A stretch of 61,961 nt of DNA, filler included, from Basidiobolus ranarum (Eukaryota), in assembly GCA_040143965.1 (NCBI GenBank). It is 5 parts of 5 records of this genome, joined end to end, with 100 filler letters (N's around TTAATTAATTAA, not from the genome) between each part and the next. Parts side by side here need not be neighbours in the genome. Positions count along the whole stretch, not along the records: positions 24,888 to 37,202 come from JASJQH010007428.1; positions 37,303 to 49,601 come from JASJQH010007429.1; 3 more parts are not named here. One strand, given 5' to 3'. Each line of letters starts with the position of its first letter. Position 1 is the first letter of the stretch. Positions 24,888 to 38,132 of the stretch are shown piece after piece. A program made the position numbers and the translations under genes. The notes under the pieces are model-generated. The model ran no database searches. It was not told the origin of the DNA and saw nothing but the letters and a program-made list of their open reading frames with translations.

Positions 24888-25199
24888 CTTTGTATTGGTC
24901 CTTGTAGCCCCCAACCCCTCAACTCTTGCACTTGCCACAGTATATTCCCTATTAAGTATGTTATGTTTGACCTTGCAATATCTTTATAAGCCCCATGTAT
25001 TCCTTGATCAGACCTCAGTCTGATTAATGCCAGTTATAAATAAAGATTCTTGCCAAAGTATCTTACTTGTCCAGTCTTCTCTTGTCTTGTGGTCTACACC
25101 CAAGTACTCTCCTGCCTATGAGCCTCTTGTTGTTGTTCTCAGTCCTTGTCCAGTTCCTTATTGTGACAATATCAAAGTACTCACTGCAAAGCTGATGGT

Positions 25200-26560
25200 A
25201 TTACCAATATACTTGATGGATATCACTACCAGAATCTGAAAAGTAAAGGTTTCTTTGTCAACATGAATAATCATGCATTTGAATTGGCTCTGGTTAGTTT
25301 CTCACTAAGCAAATATACCATTGGAAAGGCTTGCTGGCCAAAAATTCCAATTAACTTAAATCTTCCTCCTTGTGAACAGTATTAGTGTTGTAATATTCTG
25401 ATACTAGCCATGATATCTGGGCCTAAATCACCAGTGATTATAGAGAGCTTCTTGGAGCCTTTGATTGGGAAATCTGAATGGTTACCTATTGGGGTTAGAT
25501 GGGTGAATGTCTTATTAAAGCTAAAATCATTGAATGTATTGGTGACACTCCAGCCATCAATAAACTTGTAGGTTTTTGTAGCAAAATTGCACTATCTTGC
25601 TGTGGATTTTGTCAAATCAATGGAGTTTACTCTATCAGGCATACACATTACTACTATCCAAATACAACACTAAATGCCATGATTTTACCATGAAGAGCCT
25701 GGTTGGATTTCAACATGCTCACTGCTACCAATTCACCAAATAGTCAGTCTAACATCAAACTTGATATTAGCTGTAAGTCTAAGATTATATTGCCAAAAGA
25801 GATCAGCTGGAGCCAGGGCTTCCCATTATGCACTATGCACTTAGTATTCTGCAACAATCCAATACTGCTTACTCAGCTATACAGTGAAAAATTCAATATG
25901 AATGAGCCATTTGAGATAGGATCAAGGTTTGAATTGATTGGGAAAATGCATGAAAAGGTAAAGATACCATTATATTTTACTAGGAATCCCATGAATATCC
26001 ACTCTACTAGGTGTTTATTCAAATGCAAAGACCAGAAGTATTGGATATGTATATATCAAAGTGGAATCTTGAAAAGATTTCTGCCTGATAAGTATCAACA
26101 GCATTGGGAGTTGTTTGTAGTTATTGTTGATATATTTTTAGAGCAGCAACTCACATTACCAGATCTCAGGCAGATGCACCCTCTGTAGTGTCACACTACA
26201 AGGATGTACCAAAATATTCAAAGTGCTTGAGGAGTATTTTCAAAAGTATGAAGGGAAAGATGCAGTGCAAGTATGCAGAAAGTGGCTTCAGAAGAGGAAC
26301 TTTCAACTTGACATTCAGTCTGGTGTTGACCATGCAGATATCTGGGAAGAACTTAATACAGAGTGGCACAATATCACAGGATATCTGCCAGATAGCTGGA
26401 AGAAAGTTGATTCAGCAATTTTAATACAATGGTGGGCTTTGATGGAGATATTTATACAAGCTTGTTTTGGGTACAAGCTAAACCTTGGGTATGAAGAACT
26501 CTATAAAAATATTCAGGGGAATATATCAAAGAGACTGGGGATTTCAAAGTGGTCAAATTA
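25200..26560 (+). mobile_element. Decayed CACTA/EnSpm-type DNA transposon (Transposase_21-like), boundaries approximate
   Basis: Broken frames give WPKIPINLNLPP, NILILAMISGPKSP..IESFLEPL, GDTPAINKLVGF...CCGFC, LCTMHLVF.N and LPDKYQQHWELFV, with many stops and frameshifts. Confidence 0.75.
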
Positions 26561-26639
26561 GCATTCAAGTGGTAATTTTGTAAAATTTGAGTTGCATTTT
26601 TTGCACATGTGTTGATTCCAATTTAGCTCATAACTTTTG

Positions 26640-28804
26640 AGCAGAATTAGTTGCTATGGCTGAATATCTGATGAATTGGAGTTTTGCTAGAAGTCCATCT
26701 AACTCTACACCATATCAAGCATGGTTTGTAGCTAAACCTGATGTAAAATATTTGGGGTTATTTGGATGCATTGCTTATGTCAAAATTATGAACAAAAAAT
26801 TGATCTATATTTAATCCAAAAAGTAAGAAATGCATATTTCTGAGTTATTGTTCTCAAATCCAGGCCTACAGACCTTATGAAACCAAAATATCTAAGTTAA
26901 TCAAGTCAAGGGATGTTGTGTAATATAAATGAAAAATTTTCACCCAAATCAATCTCAGATGATGACAAAAACCAATTTATCCTGATCCAAGCATTCAAAT
27001 TGAGTCAAACTAAGACAATGAATAAAATAGCATTCCTGTGGACCCTTCAACCACAATTTACCTATTGAAGTGCCCAATACAAAGCCAGAAGTTGTGGTAC
27101 CTTTATCCCAAACCATGAGATCAAATTGGATCAGAAACAGCCTTGATTACTATGTCAACAAGTCCCAAAATTGGGCCTATGCCTGCACAGGTCAAAGACA
27201 TGTACCCCAGACTGTACACAAGACCCTGAATGGCCCTCACACAAAATTTGGATATCTTCAATGGCCATGAGTACTAAGCTTTGGTTCATAATCAAATTTA
27301 GATTTTAACCAACTTAGCTCATGATAGAAAATCAATTGGCTGCCAACAGGTGTTTAGAGTTGAATACAACTCTGATGGCAATATGGAATAGTAAAAGGCC
27401 AGACTAGTAGCCAAAGGCTATTCCCAAACATGAGGAATAGATTATACAGAAACTTTGGCTCCTGTAGCAAACTTTAATTCAGTTAGATTGATTATAGCAA
27501 TTTCAGCAAATTATCAGTTTATTATACATCAATTGGATGTTGAAGCTGCTTTTTTGAATGGTGAACTTGCTGAGAAGACCTGTATGGACCAGCTAGATGG
27601 ATTTATGGACCCAGAAAGCCCTTAAAAAGTTTGCAGACTCTGGAAAACACTCTTTGGCGTAAAACCATCTCCAAGATCTTGGAATTGCATGATAGATACT
27701 TTTTTAGATACACTCACAAATCTTCACTTGACCAAAAATGGCTCAAATCAGACATTTTTGGATTCAAATGAAAACCAGAAATTTTGTTATCAATCAATGG
27801 TTGGTAGCTTGATATATATCATGGCTGGAGCACAGCAAGATATTGCATATTCTGTGGGAGTTATTTGCCAATATCTTCACAATTGTGGATCTGATCAAAT
27901 CATAGCAGTAAAGTGGATTTTCAGATGTTTGAAAGGGACTATGGATCTGTGCTTGAAATACACATATTCTGGATCAAACTTTAATCTGATGGGATATTCA
28001 GATGCAAATTGGGGAAGAGGAATTGAAGACAAGAGAATCACAACAGGATGATTATTTTTTTGCTATAATGGAGCTATTTCTTGAAATACAAAGAAACAAC
28101 CTACCATGCCACTTTTAATAAATGAAGCTGAATACATGGATGTCTTTGAAGCTACAAAAGAAGCAACAGAGTTAAGAATACTCTCAACAGATTTGGGTTA
28201 TTGTCACAATTCACAAACAAAAATATTCAAGATAACCAAAGTTGTATCAAATTAGCTAAAAATCCTATGTTTTATAAGAGAAGCAAACATATAGATAGTA
28301 ACATCACCTCATTGGAGAGATTATAGGGTAGAGGTTGATAGACTTCACATATTGTCCTACAGAGGACATGATTGCTGATATATTAACCAAACCACTAGCT
28401 GGATAGAAATTAGATAAATTTATAAAGTCTACACGAGTATTTAGTTGAGGGAGAGTGTTGAAATCAGCATTGCATAAAATACCTATATAGTCATATATAG
28501 CTTAGTACTTAGTGATATTATACTTCACTAAGATATTTTCCATTATTCTCAATTGGAATATAGTTAGAATATTATTACCAACTTGGAGGTTCTCAGATAA
28601 ATAGATTTTTCAAACTTTTGCCAGAAGTCCCAAACCTTGCACACCAGTCCCTAGGATCCTTCTTTACACATTCTACATGTTAGTATGCTTACACCTTGAC
28701 AAAATTATAAATGTCAACTCTCTACTCAATTAATGAATAAGTGAAAACCATAAATTCCTCTAATTCTCCAAGCCACTTCCAACAGGCTCCCAAATACTTT
28801 AACA
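26640..28804 (+). mobile_element. Decayed Ty1/Copia LTR retrotransposon (integrase C-terminus, RT, RNase H, PPT, 3' LTR)
   Basis: TPYQAWF..KPDV..L..FGCIAYV, KARLVAKGYSQ..GIDYTET.APVA, HQLDVEAAFLNG, YQSMVGSLIY, GYSDANWG, KHID. PPT GAGGGAGAG at 28447-28455 directly precedes an LTR TGTTG...AACA. Confidence 0.93.
28456..28804 (+). repeat. 3' LTR of the Copia element
   Basis: TG...CA termini, preceded by the PPT, homologous to 22930-23217 and 12460-12552. Confidence 0.85.
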
Positions 28805-28849
28805 GAGATTAAGTACAACAAGAATGTTGTATTTTTTGATTTGCATTAA

Positions 28850-30200
28850 GGCTGGAACTCAAAGCCTAAAACATCTAAATAAAGGCATGCATGTTAATTT
28901 CTATTCCTATAGCAGTAAGCCTAGTAATTTGCTATTCAAAAATCAGCATTTTGCAAAACCTTTGGAAATTGAATAACACATGGCAAATATTAGGATCAAT
29001 ATTTGACCATGTATGAGTGCTGTCAAAATCCAATCAAGAAGCTACCATATCACCATCAAAATCCTTAGTGGAATGCAAGCCAGCAATAATGTGACAGTCC
29101 TCTGATGATTTTGCAATTCCAAATGATGGATCCAATTCAGGATCAAATCAAATTTATTGTTGTCACAGGTCAAGATCTGTCTCCATTGGGATATATACAG
29201 GATTACATTCCTCCATTTAAACTCTTGAAGAATATCTAGGATACACTTAGACTATTCTAAAGTTATTGTTTTAATAGTCCTATCTATATTGATTTGGATT
29301 TCAAGATGGTACATCAGTTCACCAAGATAAGTCATTTTGAATTCTACACTTAAGTTTGGAATTGGTTCTATCCAAAATTTTAAGTCATTGGCTGCTATAA
29401 TGAGTTCATGTACTTGCAGAGCTACTAATGCTGTATTTCTCTTATTTGGCCTGAAGTAGACAAAAAAGCAGTTATAATATCCATTTGTTGCATAATACAC
29501 TGACATTTGGGTAAAATTGCCAAAACCAATCAAATTCAAATATGTATTGCTACAAGAGTCAAAGTTTCTGTATAATCAATTCCCAGCACTTGGGAGTTGC
29601 CTTTGGCTATCCGCCTAGCATTGTATCTTTCAATATTGCCATCAAAGATGTATTCAACTTTAAACACCCATTAGCAGCAAATTAATTTTCTATCATTAGA
29701 TAAGTTTGATAAAAGTGTTTAGGAGACTAGGAAGTGTTTTGGACAAGATTTGGACTAGTGAATTAGACACTAATGTTTTATTGATTTGAATATGTCCTAT
29801 ATTTATTTTTTTATAAGATAGTACTATTGGTCATGCTTTCATCATAACAAACATGCCTGTAAAGCATAGGTGAAAATTTGAGGTGATTTGGAGAAGTTTT
29901 GAGAAAATCATGAAAATTGGTAAAAGTGATCTAATTGATATTTCTATCAATTAGAGCAATAAACACACGTTTTTGAATGGCAGAATTGAGTGCTAAATAA
30001 ACAAAATATGAGTAAACTACTACTAAATAATGAGTTGCTATTTACCTAATTTCAACAAAGTTGTTTAAAATCCATGTATAATTATCAATCAAAGCCTTCT
30101 GCTCTTCAGGCATTGCAGATTTCCAAACTTTTGTGTAAGGGCCATGCAGCACCTCTTTTACAATCTGGGTGTATATACTGACCTGTGCAGGAATAGATGT
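28850..30200 (-). mobile_element. Second decayed Copia RT fragment, opposite strand, split by a nested solo LTR
   Basis: Minus strand: EVLHGPYTKVWKSAMPEEQKALIDNYTW, then the insertion, then DRKLICC*WVFKV, YNARRIAKGNSQVLGIDYTET and FKMTYLGELMYHLEIQI. Confidence 0.85.
29707..30057. mobile_element. Solo LTR nested in the Copia RT fragment
   Basis: TG...CA termini (TGATAAAA...TTTCAACA) with perfect 5-bp TSD AAGTT at 29702-29706 and 30058-30062. Removing it rejoins the RT sequence NYTWILNNL/SNDRK. Confidence 0.85.
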
Positions 30201-30673
30201 TGTTTATCATCGGCCCAATTGGAAGTCGTTGTTGGACTACTGGGATAAGTATTAGGCAATTTATCCTTCTCTAAAGTTGAAAGTTGGAGAAAGTTTCTAG
30301 TGAAGGAACTTGCTGCGAGTTTTAATGCAAAGAAACACCAGAAAGCTAGTAGAATGAATCCCACTGAAACCACAAATGAGCGAGCTATTAACCAAGGCTG
30401 TACTGTATCATGAGTACCCTTCATAATAGGGCCAATCTCTTTCATCACCGCAAGAATTATTAAACTAATGACATCGTCTAATAACGCAGCAATCGTGATG
30501 AGTACTGCAAAAGGAGTCTCCATTATACCTTGCTGACTTAAAAGCATTATTATGATTTCAATAGAGGTACTTGCTAATGAAGCAGAAGATATGACTGCTT
30601 CGAGTAAGCTAAATTTAAAGAGAAAGTGGCACATCAAAGTATCTACTCCGAAAGGTAACAAGGTTCCAGTCAA
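30200..30673 (-). pseudogene. Cation/H+ antiporter (CPA2/Na_H_Exchanger) fragment truncated by Copia sequence
   Basis: G.LLPFG, SLASTSI.I...LL...G.M.T...VLITIAALLDDVISLIILAV are CPA2 core motifs. No clear 5' exons, and the 3' end runs into retroelement DNA. Confidence 0.7.
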
Positions 30674-31380
30674 CGATTAGAGATAGGGCAAGTCAAGCAA
30701 CTTTAAATGTTGATGCATAACAATCCCTATTATTCCAGGTTTCTGTCCTATTGTCCATTTGATGTACCCTGAATACCTTCCTTTTTGTTTACCTCCTATC
30801 CCCCTTAACACTATATTCACAACCTCAGAACTTCACTGCATTGGTTGTCAAGTTAAGTATGGATATGATCCTGTACTATCACAATATCTCAGGAGATTGA
30901 TGTCTTAAATGTCACTTTTTTTAGATTATTATGTAAGCTATATAAAATCCACACCATCTGGTGCTTTTCATCCCCTCTAAAAATGCTTTGGCTTCAAGGG
31001 TACTGATGTCCTTTTTCAGTTTCATAATCAAAATGCACTAAAGTTAAGGCTTGCAGCTTTAATCTTGGCCATCAGACCTGAGTTGATATGAATACTTTAT
31101 TGAAGTGTAAGTTATAAAAATCTAAGGATTTCCCCTTCAATATTAAGCAGTTTTTCATGCAATCAATCTAATTTCAATACAAATATCCTTACAATATTCA
31201 TAGCTCTTTCCCTATGTTAAATTTGTAAGCACAATCTGATATTCCCAATAAAGATTCTGAAAGCCCAACCCTAACTCTTTTCTATGATTGTTTAATTTGA
31301 ATTTCAGTGTGTCTATTATTTTTTGTAATCACCTAATTTTAGGTTAAAACCCTATAATTCATTCGCACTCTTTATTATAA

Positions 31381-31845
31381 CTAGTTTCTGCATACTTCAA
31401 ATAGAAGAACACCAAATCCGACAGTTGACAAAATAGTCCTTACAAAATGTTTCTCTCCCCAAGATCTAATTAGGCTTTCAACATTAGGACTAGGATTATT
31501 TACTTTCATCGATAACAGTTGGTTATAGACTGGCTTGATACTGAGCATAGTAAACGCAAACGTTCCACCAAACAGACCAGCTGGAATTAGAAAGATTTGA
31601 CGTTTAGTGAGGTAGGTAGCACCAACGGTTGCAATAACGGAGGTTACAGCTAAAGCTGCTTGCATTGTAGCAGCTCTAGGGAAGAAAACTTGGAATTGAT
31701 TGACCATCTCCTTGGGTGATGCGACCATAAGTGCAGGGTGTTGAACATAAGAACAGTAAATTGCCGCACCAGCGAAGAGTCCTGATGAACCCAAGCTGGT
31801 AGCCTTTAAAACTTTGAGAAGATCGATTGCGTTGAAATTTGACAT
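31381..31845 (-). CDS. DUF1772/anthrone-oxygenase-like membrane protein
   Basis: Intronless 154 aa with four hydrophobic segments and motifs GLFAGAAIYCSYVQHPA, FTMLSIKPVYNQL and LIRSWGEKHFVRT. Confidence 0.8.
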   Translation of the reverse strand: MSNFNAIDLLKVLKATSLGSSGLFAGAAIYCSYVQHPALMVASPKEMVNQFQVFFPRAATMQAALAVTSVIATVGATYLTKRQIFLIPAGLFGGTFAFTMLSIKPVYNQLLSMKVNNPSPNVESLIRSWGEKHFVRTILSTVGFGVLLFEVCRN

Positions 31846-34800
31846 AATGCACGAATGTTAATTATAAGTGAGAAGAGTTCATTGATTTTATACTCGCTCC
31901 CATAGTATGAACAGTCATCCTTACTGCTGCGGATATATGGATATAATCATCCTTGCTCTAAACTGGATAGTGATTTACAGTGAGGTGGCGCCATTTGTAA
32001 ATACCAGGAACTTAATGATCCCGATGCTCCATATCGCAAAGCTCATCACTCTGTAGGCCTCTTTTCTCAGGAATGATGCGCATCAGTCAACGCCAAACAA
32101 ATGGTATTAAGTTATAGCATTGCCGGTCTGATAATTGCCATTGTCTTGCTAGAAACTGATCATTCACATTGGCATGCAAATAGAATTTATGTAAATAAAC
32201 GGTTTGTTTCAAATGCGAACTCTACATTGAAATTGGTTTCAGCACTGTAAGTTTTAATGCTTAGCCTTTTCTGCAAATATGTTTCTGATTGCGTTCATAG
32301 ATGATGTACTCGACCAATGACTGGATATTGTCCAACAATGACTTGGCGAACCACCCGCTCCAGAATTAGAGTCAGAACCATACATAAATGAGATCATTTG
32401 AAACTCTACCAATTTCGGCGGCTCTCTGTTCCTCTACACTAGAGTAGCGAATACCCGTTAACGAGTGGGTCAGAAATTGAATGGTCAAGGGCAAAGGACT
32501 TGACTTGTATGAGTTATGACAGCACGAAGTATATCATACCGACTCATGGGTGCATTACACTTGGCAATGACGGGCCATCATCAACTCGATTAGTAGCGAG
32601 CACTTTGCCTTCAACCCTCTGCATACTTCAAACCCCAAATATGAAGATAACCAGTGGCTAAACCATCTATCCAGGGCATGATTAGTTAGGAAAATTAGCT
32701 TACGATCTGAAGAAGAGATGTGACTGTAGTCATTAGCACATAAGTAGGATGCAAGTTAAAGCGAGGACTAGGCTTGATTCTACAAGGAATCTAAAAGAAA
32801 TACCATTTTTCTCCCTTTCAAGGTTGTGAGGTCTTCGTTAGTGTGATACTAATCCATGTGTAGGCTGTTATAACATGCACTTGTGTGAATCTAGTTGAAG
32901 AATACATGATAGGACTAACTAATCCGCGATTTCCCCGAACCGCTTCGAATTCATAGTAGCCCTGAGTAGCCATAGTTTAAAATAATGAGGAGGATGATTT
33001 TACTGGTAGTTTTTCCTGACCAGATATAATATTTTACAACGGAGGCAATGTGCGCCTAGACGCTAAAATTATGTTAGCTCTCTATTTGCCACAATGGCTA
33101 AAAACCAACATGTGATATCAGAATTAACCTGTGATAACAGTGGTAGATAGTACAGCCTTTTGGTCAAACAATATACTTGTGGTGTGGATGTTTAACCCTT
33201 TCTGGACAACTCTTAATCCTATCATTGAAACTTAGTTTCTCAAGAATAGGGTCAATTTTTTGACTCAAATGCGAACTACATGTACTCCTGACAAAATATC
33301 TCTCCGAAAATACATAGTGTATATGGATCATAGGAACTGAGAAAATACAAATGGTAAATGTACCATTTTTTGATACAAATTAGATGCTGCTTTGGTTTGG
33401 AGTCGGATATCATCATTGAGATAAATAGCATTTTCCCATCATAACATTTGAGAAGTCTTTATCTTTGTTGTCTACTTCTTCCTAGTTGATCTCATTAATA
33501 GAAAATGAATCATGTTCGTGATTATAGTCGTAATAATTATCGTTGTCAATGGTCCCAGTGCATGCAAGCATTCCCTTTTCCTGAATATCTCCAAATGCAT
33601 CTTATAACAGATCATGTGGCAGAAAGCATACCAACAATCTATGCTTACAGTGCCATTGGAGATACTGTCAAGTGAATACATTAAAGAGAGACCACATCAT
33701 TTCACATATAAGAACTCCCGTTCCTTTAAGACCATATTTTTGCCAAGTAATATTAGTAAGTACACATGGCTTTGTGTCCAGATATTAATGTCCGAACCAG
33801 AAGTGCCCTCTAAAATACAAGTGACAATCGGATCTCAAAAAGCATGAAAAAAAGCATGGCCAATATGAAGATAGAGAATGCATTCCTGATAATCTTTTTA
33901 GAATTTCAACACCTGCTAGCTTTTGCAAAGAGCCATTTTCCTTGCCTGTATTAAACTCAGGGACGAATCTCACTAAATTCAATTTACATGGTGGATATTT
34001 ACAAGGTATATTCGAATATTCACCTGGTTAATGATTTTAATATTGCCATCGAATAGCAAGGTTAACCTTAACGACATTTACAAACTTCCTTCGGATTAGA
34101 TTATAACCAATATTGTCCAGAATCCATTCTAGAAGATGCAAATAGACCGCAGAATGGTAGAAGCGATAGGAATCCAAACGAAAGTACTTTTAATTTCTGG
34201 GCGACTCAAGGCAATAACAAGTAATCTCATAGATTATTTCAATCTCGCTCCAATTGTCACAACAAAATATGCTCCTATCTACACACCAATGTACAAGGAA
34301 GTGGTGAACTGTGTTTTTTCTGGCGCTTATCAAGTAGCTCCTTATCTGAATCAGCTTGATAGTTATTCGACGCCACCACGGTTACCTTCCCATCCGTTAG
34401 TTGATGCTTTCGATTATCCACTCTGTACCAATCCATTTTCTTATTTCTCAACTTCCGCTTATTTGGCTATTTATGGTCATTCGGAAAATCCAAACAGCCC
34501 ACAGCCACATGAACGGGGAAATCAGAACGCTACAGTAACTTGATCATATCCTTTTATTCAACCGAAAACAAATTTTCTAAACAAATGTAACCGCAAAGAG
34601 CCATACGTGGATAGTTTGAAAATATCAGGGGAGCCTCTGTCCACGGTTTCCAATATTCGAGAACTTAGTTACAACCTTACGACAACTAGTGATCTAGGAG
34701 GCTCTTCAGGAAAAAACGTGCCAAGTCAAATACCACCCTCGATTTGTGAAATTTCAAGGTCAAATGATAATCTTTTGGATGTTTGATCTTCACTCAACTT

Positions 34801-35254
34801 CGCACAATGATTATAAATACAAGCGAGTGTTCGGTAGGAAATGAATCCGCATATTGCAAGTAACGTTGAAGATACTTTTTGGCTCTAAACTCATGGCTCA
34901 TTTGGTACCTACGTTTCAAATTGGTAAAATAAATTCATCTTTAATTACTTATGCGACAGAAATATTCCGCAAGCTAATACCATGTTTTATCCTATCACAT
35001 GAAGTCAACATTAGGTGCTAATAGATTAATATAATATTCTTGAATTACAGATTGCTATCGCCGTTCCAGTCACTGTGGACTGATATGAATTATATACTTT
35101 GGATGTGGTATAAGTTATTTGGATGTCAAATGTAATCCAGAACTATTTATTGTCAAATGGGAGATTCTGGTCTGTAGAAGGCTCACAATTCTTTTGCCTA
35201 AATATTCTAAATACGTCACCATCCAAAAGTAGTACCATCATTCTGAAGTATTTG

Positions 35255-35729
35255 TCAAGCTAAAGTGCCAGTAAAGATAGATAATTTCTCTCCTGCATCA
35301 TCTCCAAGAACTCGTATATCTAAGCCTACTTTTACACTGTCTGGAGCAAGTGGCATCTCAACTCAGTGTAAACTCGAGAGTTGAAGGATCGAACTTGAAG
35401 AAGCCGAAATCATACACAGGATCGCGATATATTGGCTGAATCAGTGATATGGCGATTAGAAAGCATGATAGCACACTTGAAATCTATAGCGCAACCTATT
35501 TCCCTATAGGAGCCCAACAAATTATAAATATGTCAAAACTAGACTAGATTCCGCGTATATTACCAAACACTTCAGTGTCGACGCTTCGTATACTGCTAAT
35601 TCTGATTGATACGGTAGCCTTAGTTGTATGCTTTAATGTATGCTCCCAATTTGGAGCCTTTTCTAATTGTGGGTAGTGACGAATAACTTCAGTTACGTTA
35701 CCATATGCTAATTTTGAAATGGAATTCAA
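35255..35729 (-). pseudogene. Nma111/Ynm3-like HtrA serine protease pseudogene fragment
   Basis: Broken frames: [45 protein letters not shown], then after a frameshift [31 protein letters not shown]. These match yeast Nma111 motifs PIYRDPVHDFGFLKFDP and [14 protein letters not shown]. Confidence 0.8.
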
Positions 35730-37202
35730 TGCCTAAGGCATATGTGAAACCGTATGGGATTTTCGATGACGCATTGACGGACAATGCATTATGGGTGTAG
35801 TAGATATGTTTACTGAGTATCATTTGCTTTAAAGCCTATTTATATCAACATCAACTATCATTGAGTACTATAGGTATAGTAAAATAACGGTCAAATGGTA
35901 CGGAAATGTCTCATGATGCTGGAAGCTCCTATAGGGTTAGTCTCAGATCTGAATCTCGAGGCTGATGAACCTACGTTTCTTATTGAATTACGCTTGGAAT
36001 GTCTTGCGGTGCATGTTTCTTTCCTCTTGCACCCAGTCATCTATCATTTGTGTGGTAATTACTGTTTACATCCACTGGGCAGTGTTACGGGTTTACATTA
36101 CTAGTCGGATTATTCTGATGATTATCAAATATTCGAGCTAGAGTAAAATGCTCATAACTAAAGTCGGATAGGAATATTTAGGCAGTGATTTTTCCTCACC
36201 TAAGATACAACAATACAGAGCTAACGGCATGATAGGACAAGTGGGAGATATCGTAGAAATTTGAAGTGTTTAGATAGTAGTAGTAACATATTTGAGCTTG
36301 CGATTGAGTGAAACCAAATGCCGAAGAAACACTCGTGTACTCTGTAACTTCATAATTCGGGGCTACCTTTTGACCCAATGTCTGTCATACATTTTGAATG
36401 AACAATATCATTGTAACGATTGGTTACTAGCAACGCTTTGTGATAGAGGTACCTGCTGAAATAAGGCGTGGATGGATTCAATGCATTTGTTAATAGCAAT
36501 ATGACTTCCACTAAAGCACGTTGAACAAGAAGGATACTGTTTCCGGTAGAGATTTAATACTTGAAAAGAATCCATATTCCCAATAATTGCATTGGTTGTC
36601 GAAAGTAACTACCATTTACATACCGATCAATACAACTACCTAATTGCTATAATTCCTCATTGTTGGTTCAGAGAGAAACGTCTGAAAATGACGTAAACTC
36701 CTTTAAATAGAGTTAGGACAATGTGCTATCGGAATGGATGTGTGAATATTAAAATGACACATCTTATCTCGATCCTCTCAGCTTCTGTATTTTGAAATGG
36801 CACATACTGTATTACTATAGTGTTGATTTATTCAAGAGATTGGATATGGTTCACGTTAGATGGGAGCTCACTGGGTCTTCAGAACTACATAAAGAAAAGT
36901 ATCCAGGTCGTGTTTACTTCCACATTTGGCATTTCACTCAAAATAGCTTCCTTTAGTTCACCTACTAATACGAATACCCAATATATTTATGCCAAAGAAC
37001 TGTATGCATCAACTGATCACATATCGTTTGTTCTCTCCAACTATAACAGTTTCCATCGCTGAGCGTAAACATCACTGTCGGATGTATAATATATACAGTC
37101 GGGGTTAGTAATGTTTCGTCCAAAATTAATTGCAAAAAAAAGCACAATATACCCTCACTTTTTATGTTCAACTTACGCATGAACAAAATTGAATAACTTC
37201 CT

Positions 37203-37302
37203 NNNNNNNNNNNNNNNNNNNNNNNNNNNNNNNNNNNNNNNNNNNNTTAATTAATTAANNNNNNNNNNNNNNNNNNNNNNNNNNNNNNNNNNNNNNNNNN
37301 NN
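37203..37302. other. Artificial contig spacer
   Basis: N44-TTAATTAATTAA-N44. Confidence 0.98.
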
Positions 37303-38132
37303 CTAAGGCTATCGTAAGAAATTAACGGGAATCCTCCCCTCTCCACGAAAACTCAGTACAGGACTGAGGTGGCAATCTCTCCTAAAAAATGTCTCGAAAG
37401 TTCGGAAGTCACATATCAGTGACTAATGACAAGAAGATAGTAATGAGTGTAACATATGGTGAATCCACTTGATTTGTTGATGAGACCAAAGGGGTGCTTT
37501 GGTGCCAGCGATCGTATTTTGATGCATACCATTGTGGATCGAGAGTATATTGTCTACTTGGTGAGGTATCCATCCCCCCTAGAACATCACTTTCTCTACA
37601 AATGACCACTTGTTGTAAATACAGTGTATCTCATCTTCACAATAGTGTGAGACTGATTGACGTACATGTACTAAATACGGCTCAAGGACTGATAAACTTT
37701 GTTTTAAACCTAGTAGACCTCAGTGTGAATCAGATCCATTCGTTTTCGCTGACTCAAACAATTGCTTGTAATCGAAGGGCTCTCTGACATTATTCGTAAT
37801 CTCCTCGAGCCTGGTTAGTTGCAAATTAGAACGCCCCCAGAACTTTGTCTCGTTTACAACGAAGCTTCAATAGATTGTAGTGCCCGTACGGCTTCTTCAT
37901 GAATCAAACGATTGCTTAAATAAGCATCATCGTTTTGAACTCAAGTTCGACTCTGTGCTAAATTCACTACTCTGCAAAGTAAAAGAGCTCTTTCTTCACC
38001 TGTAACACTCTAACCAGAACAAGTCACATTGCATATTAAACTTGGCGATAGTCAGGAATTGCCGCCTGTTCGACGCAAACATTTGCTTTGACGAAACATT
38101 GATATCTCCCAGGAATCCTCATCTCACGTAAG

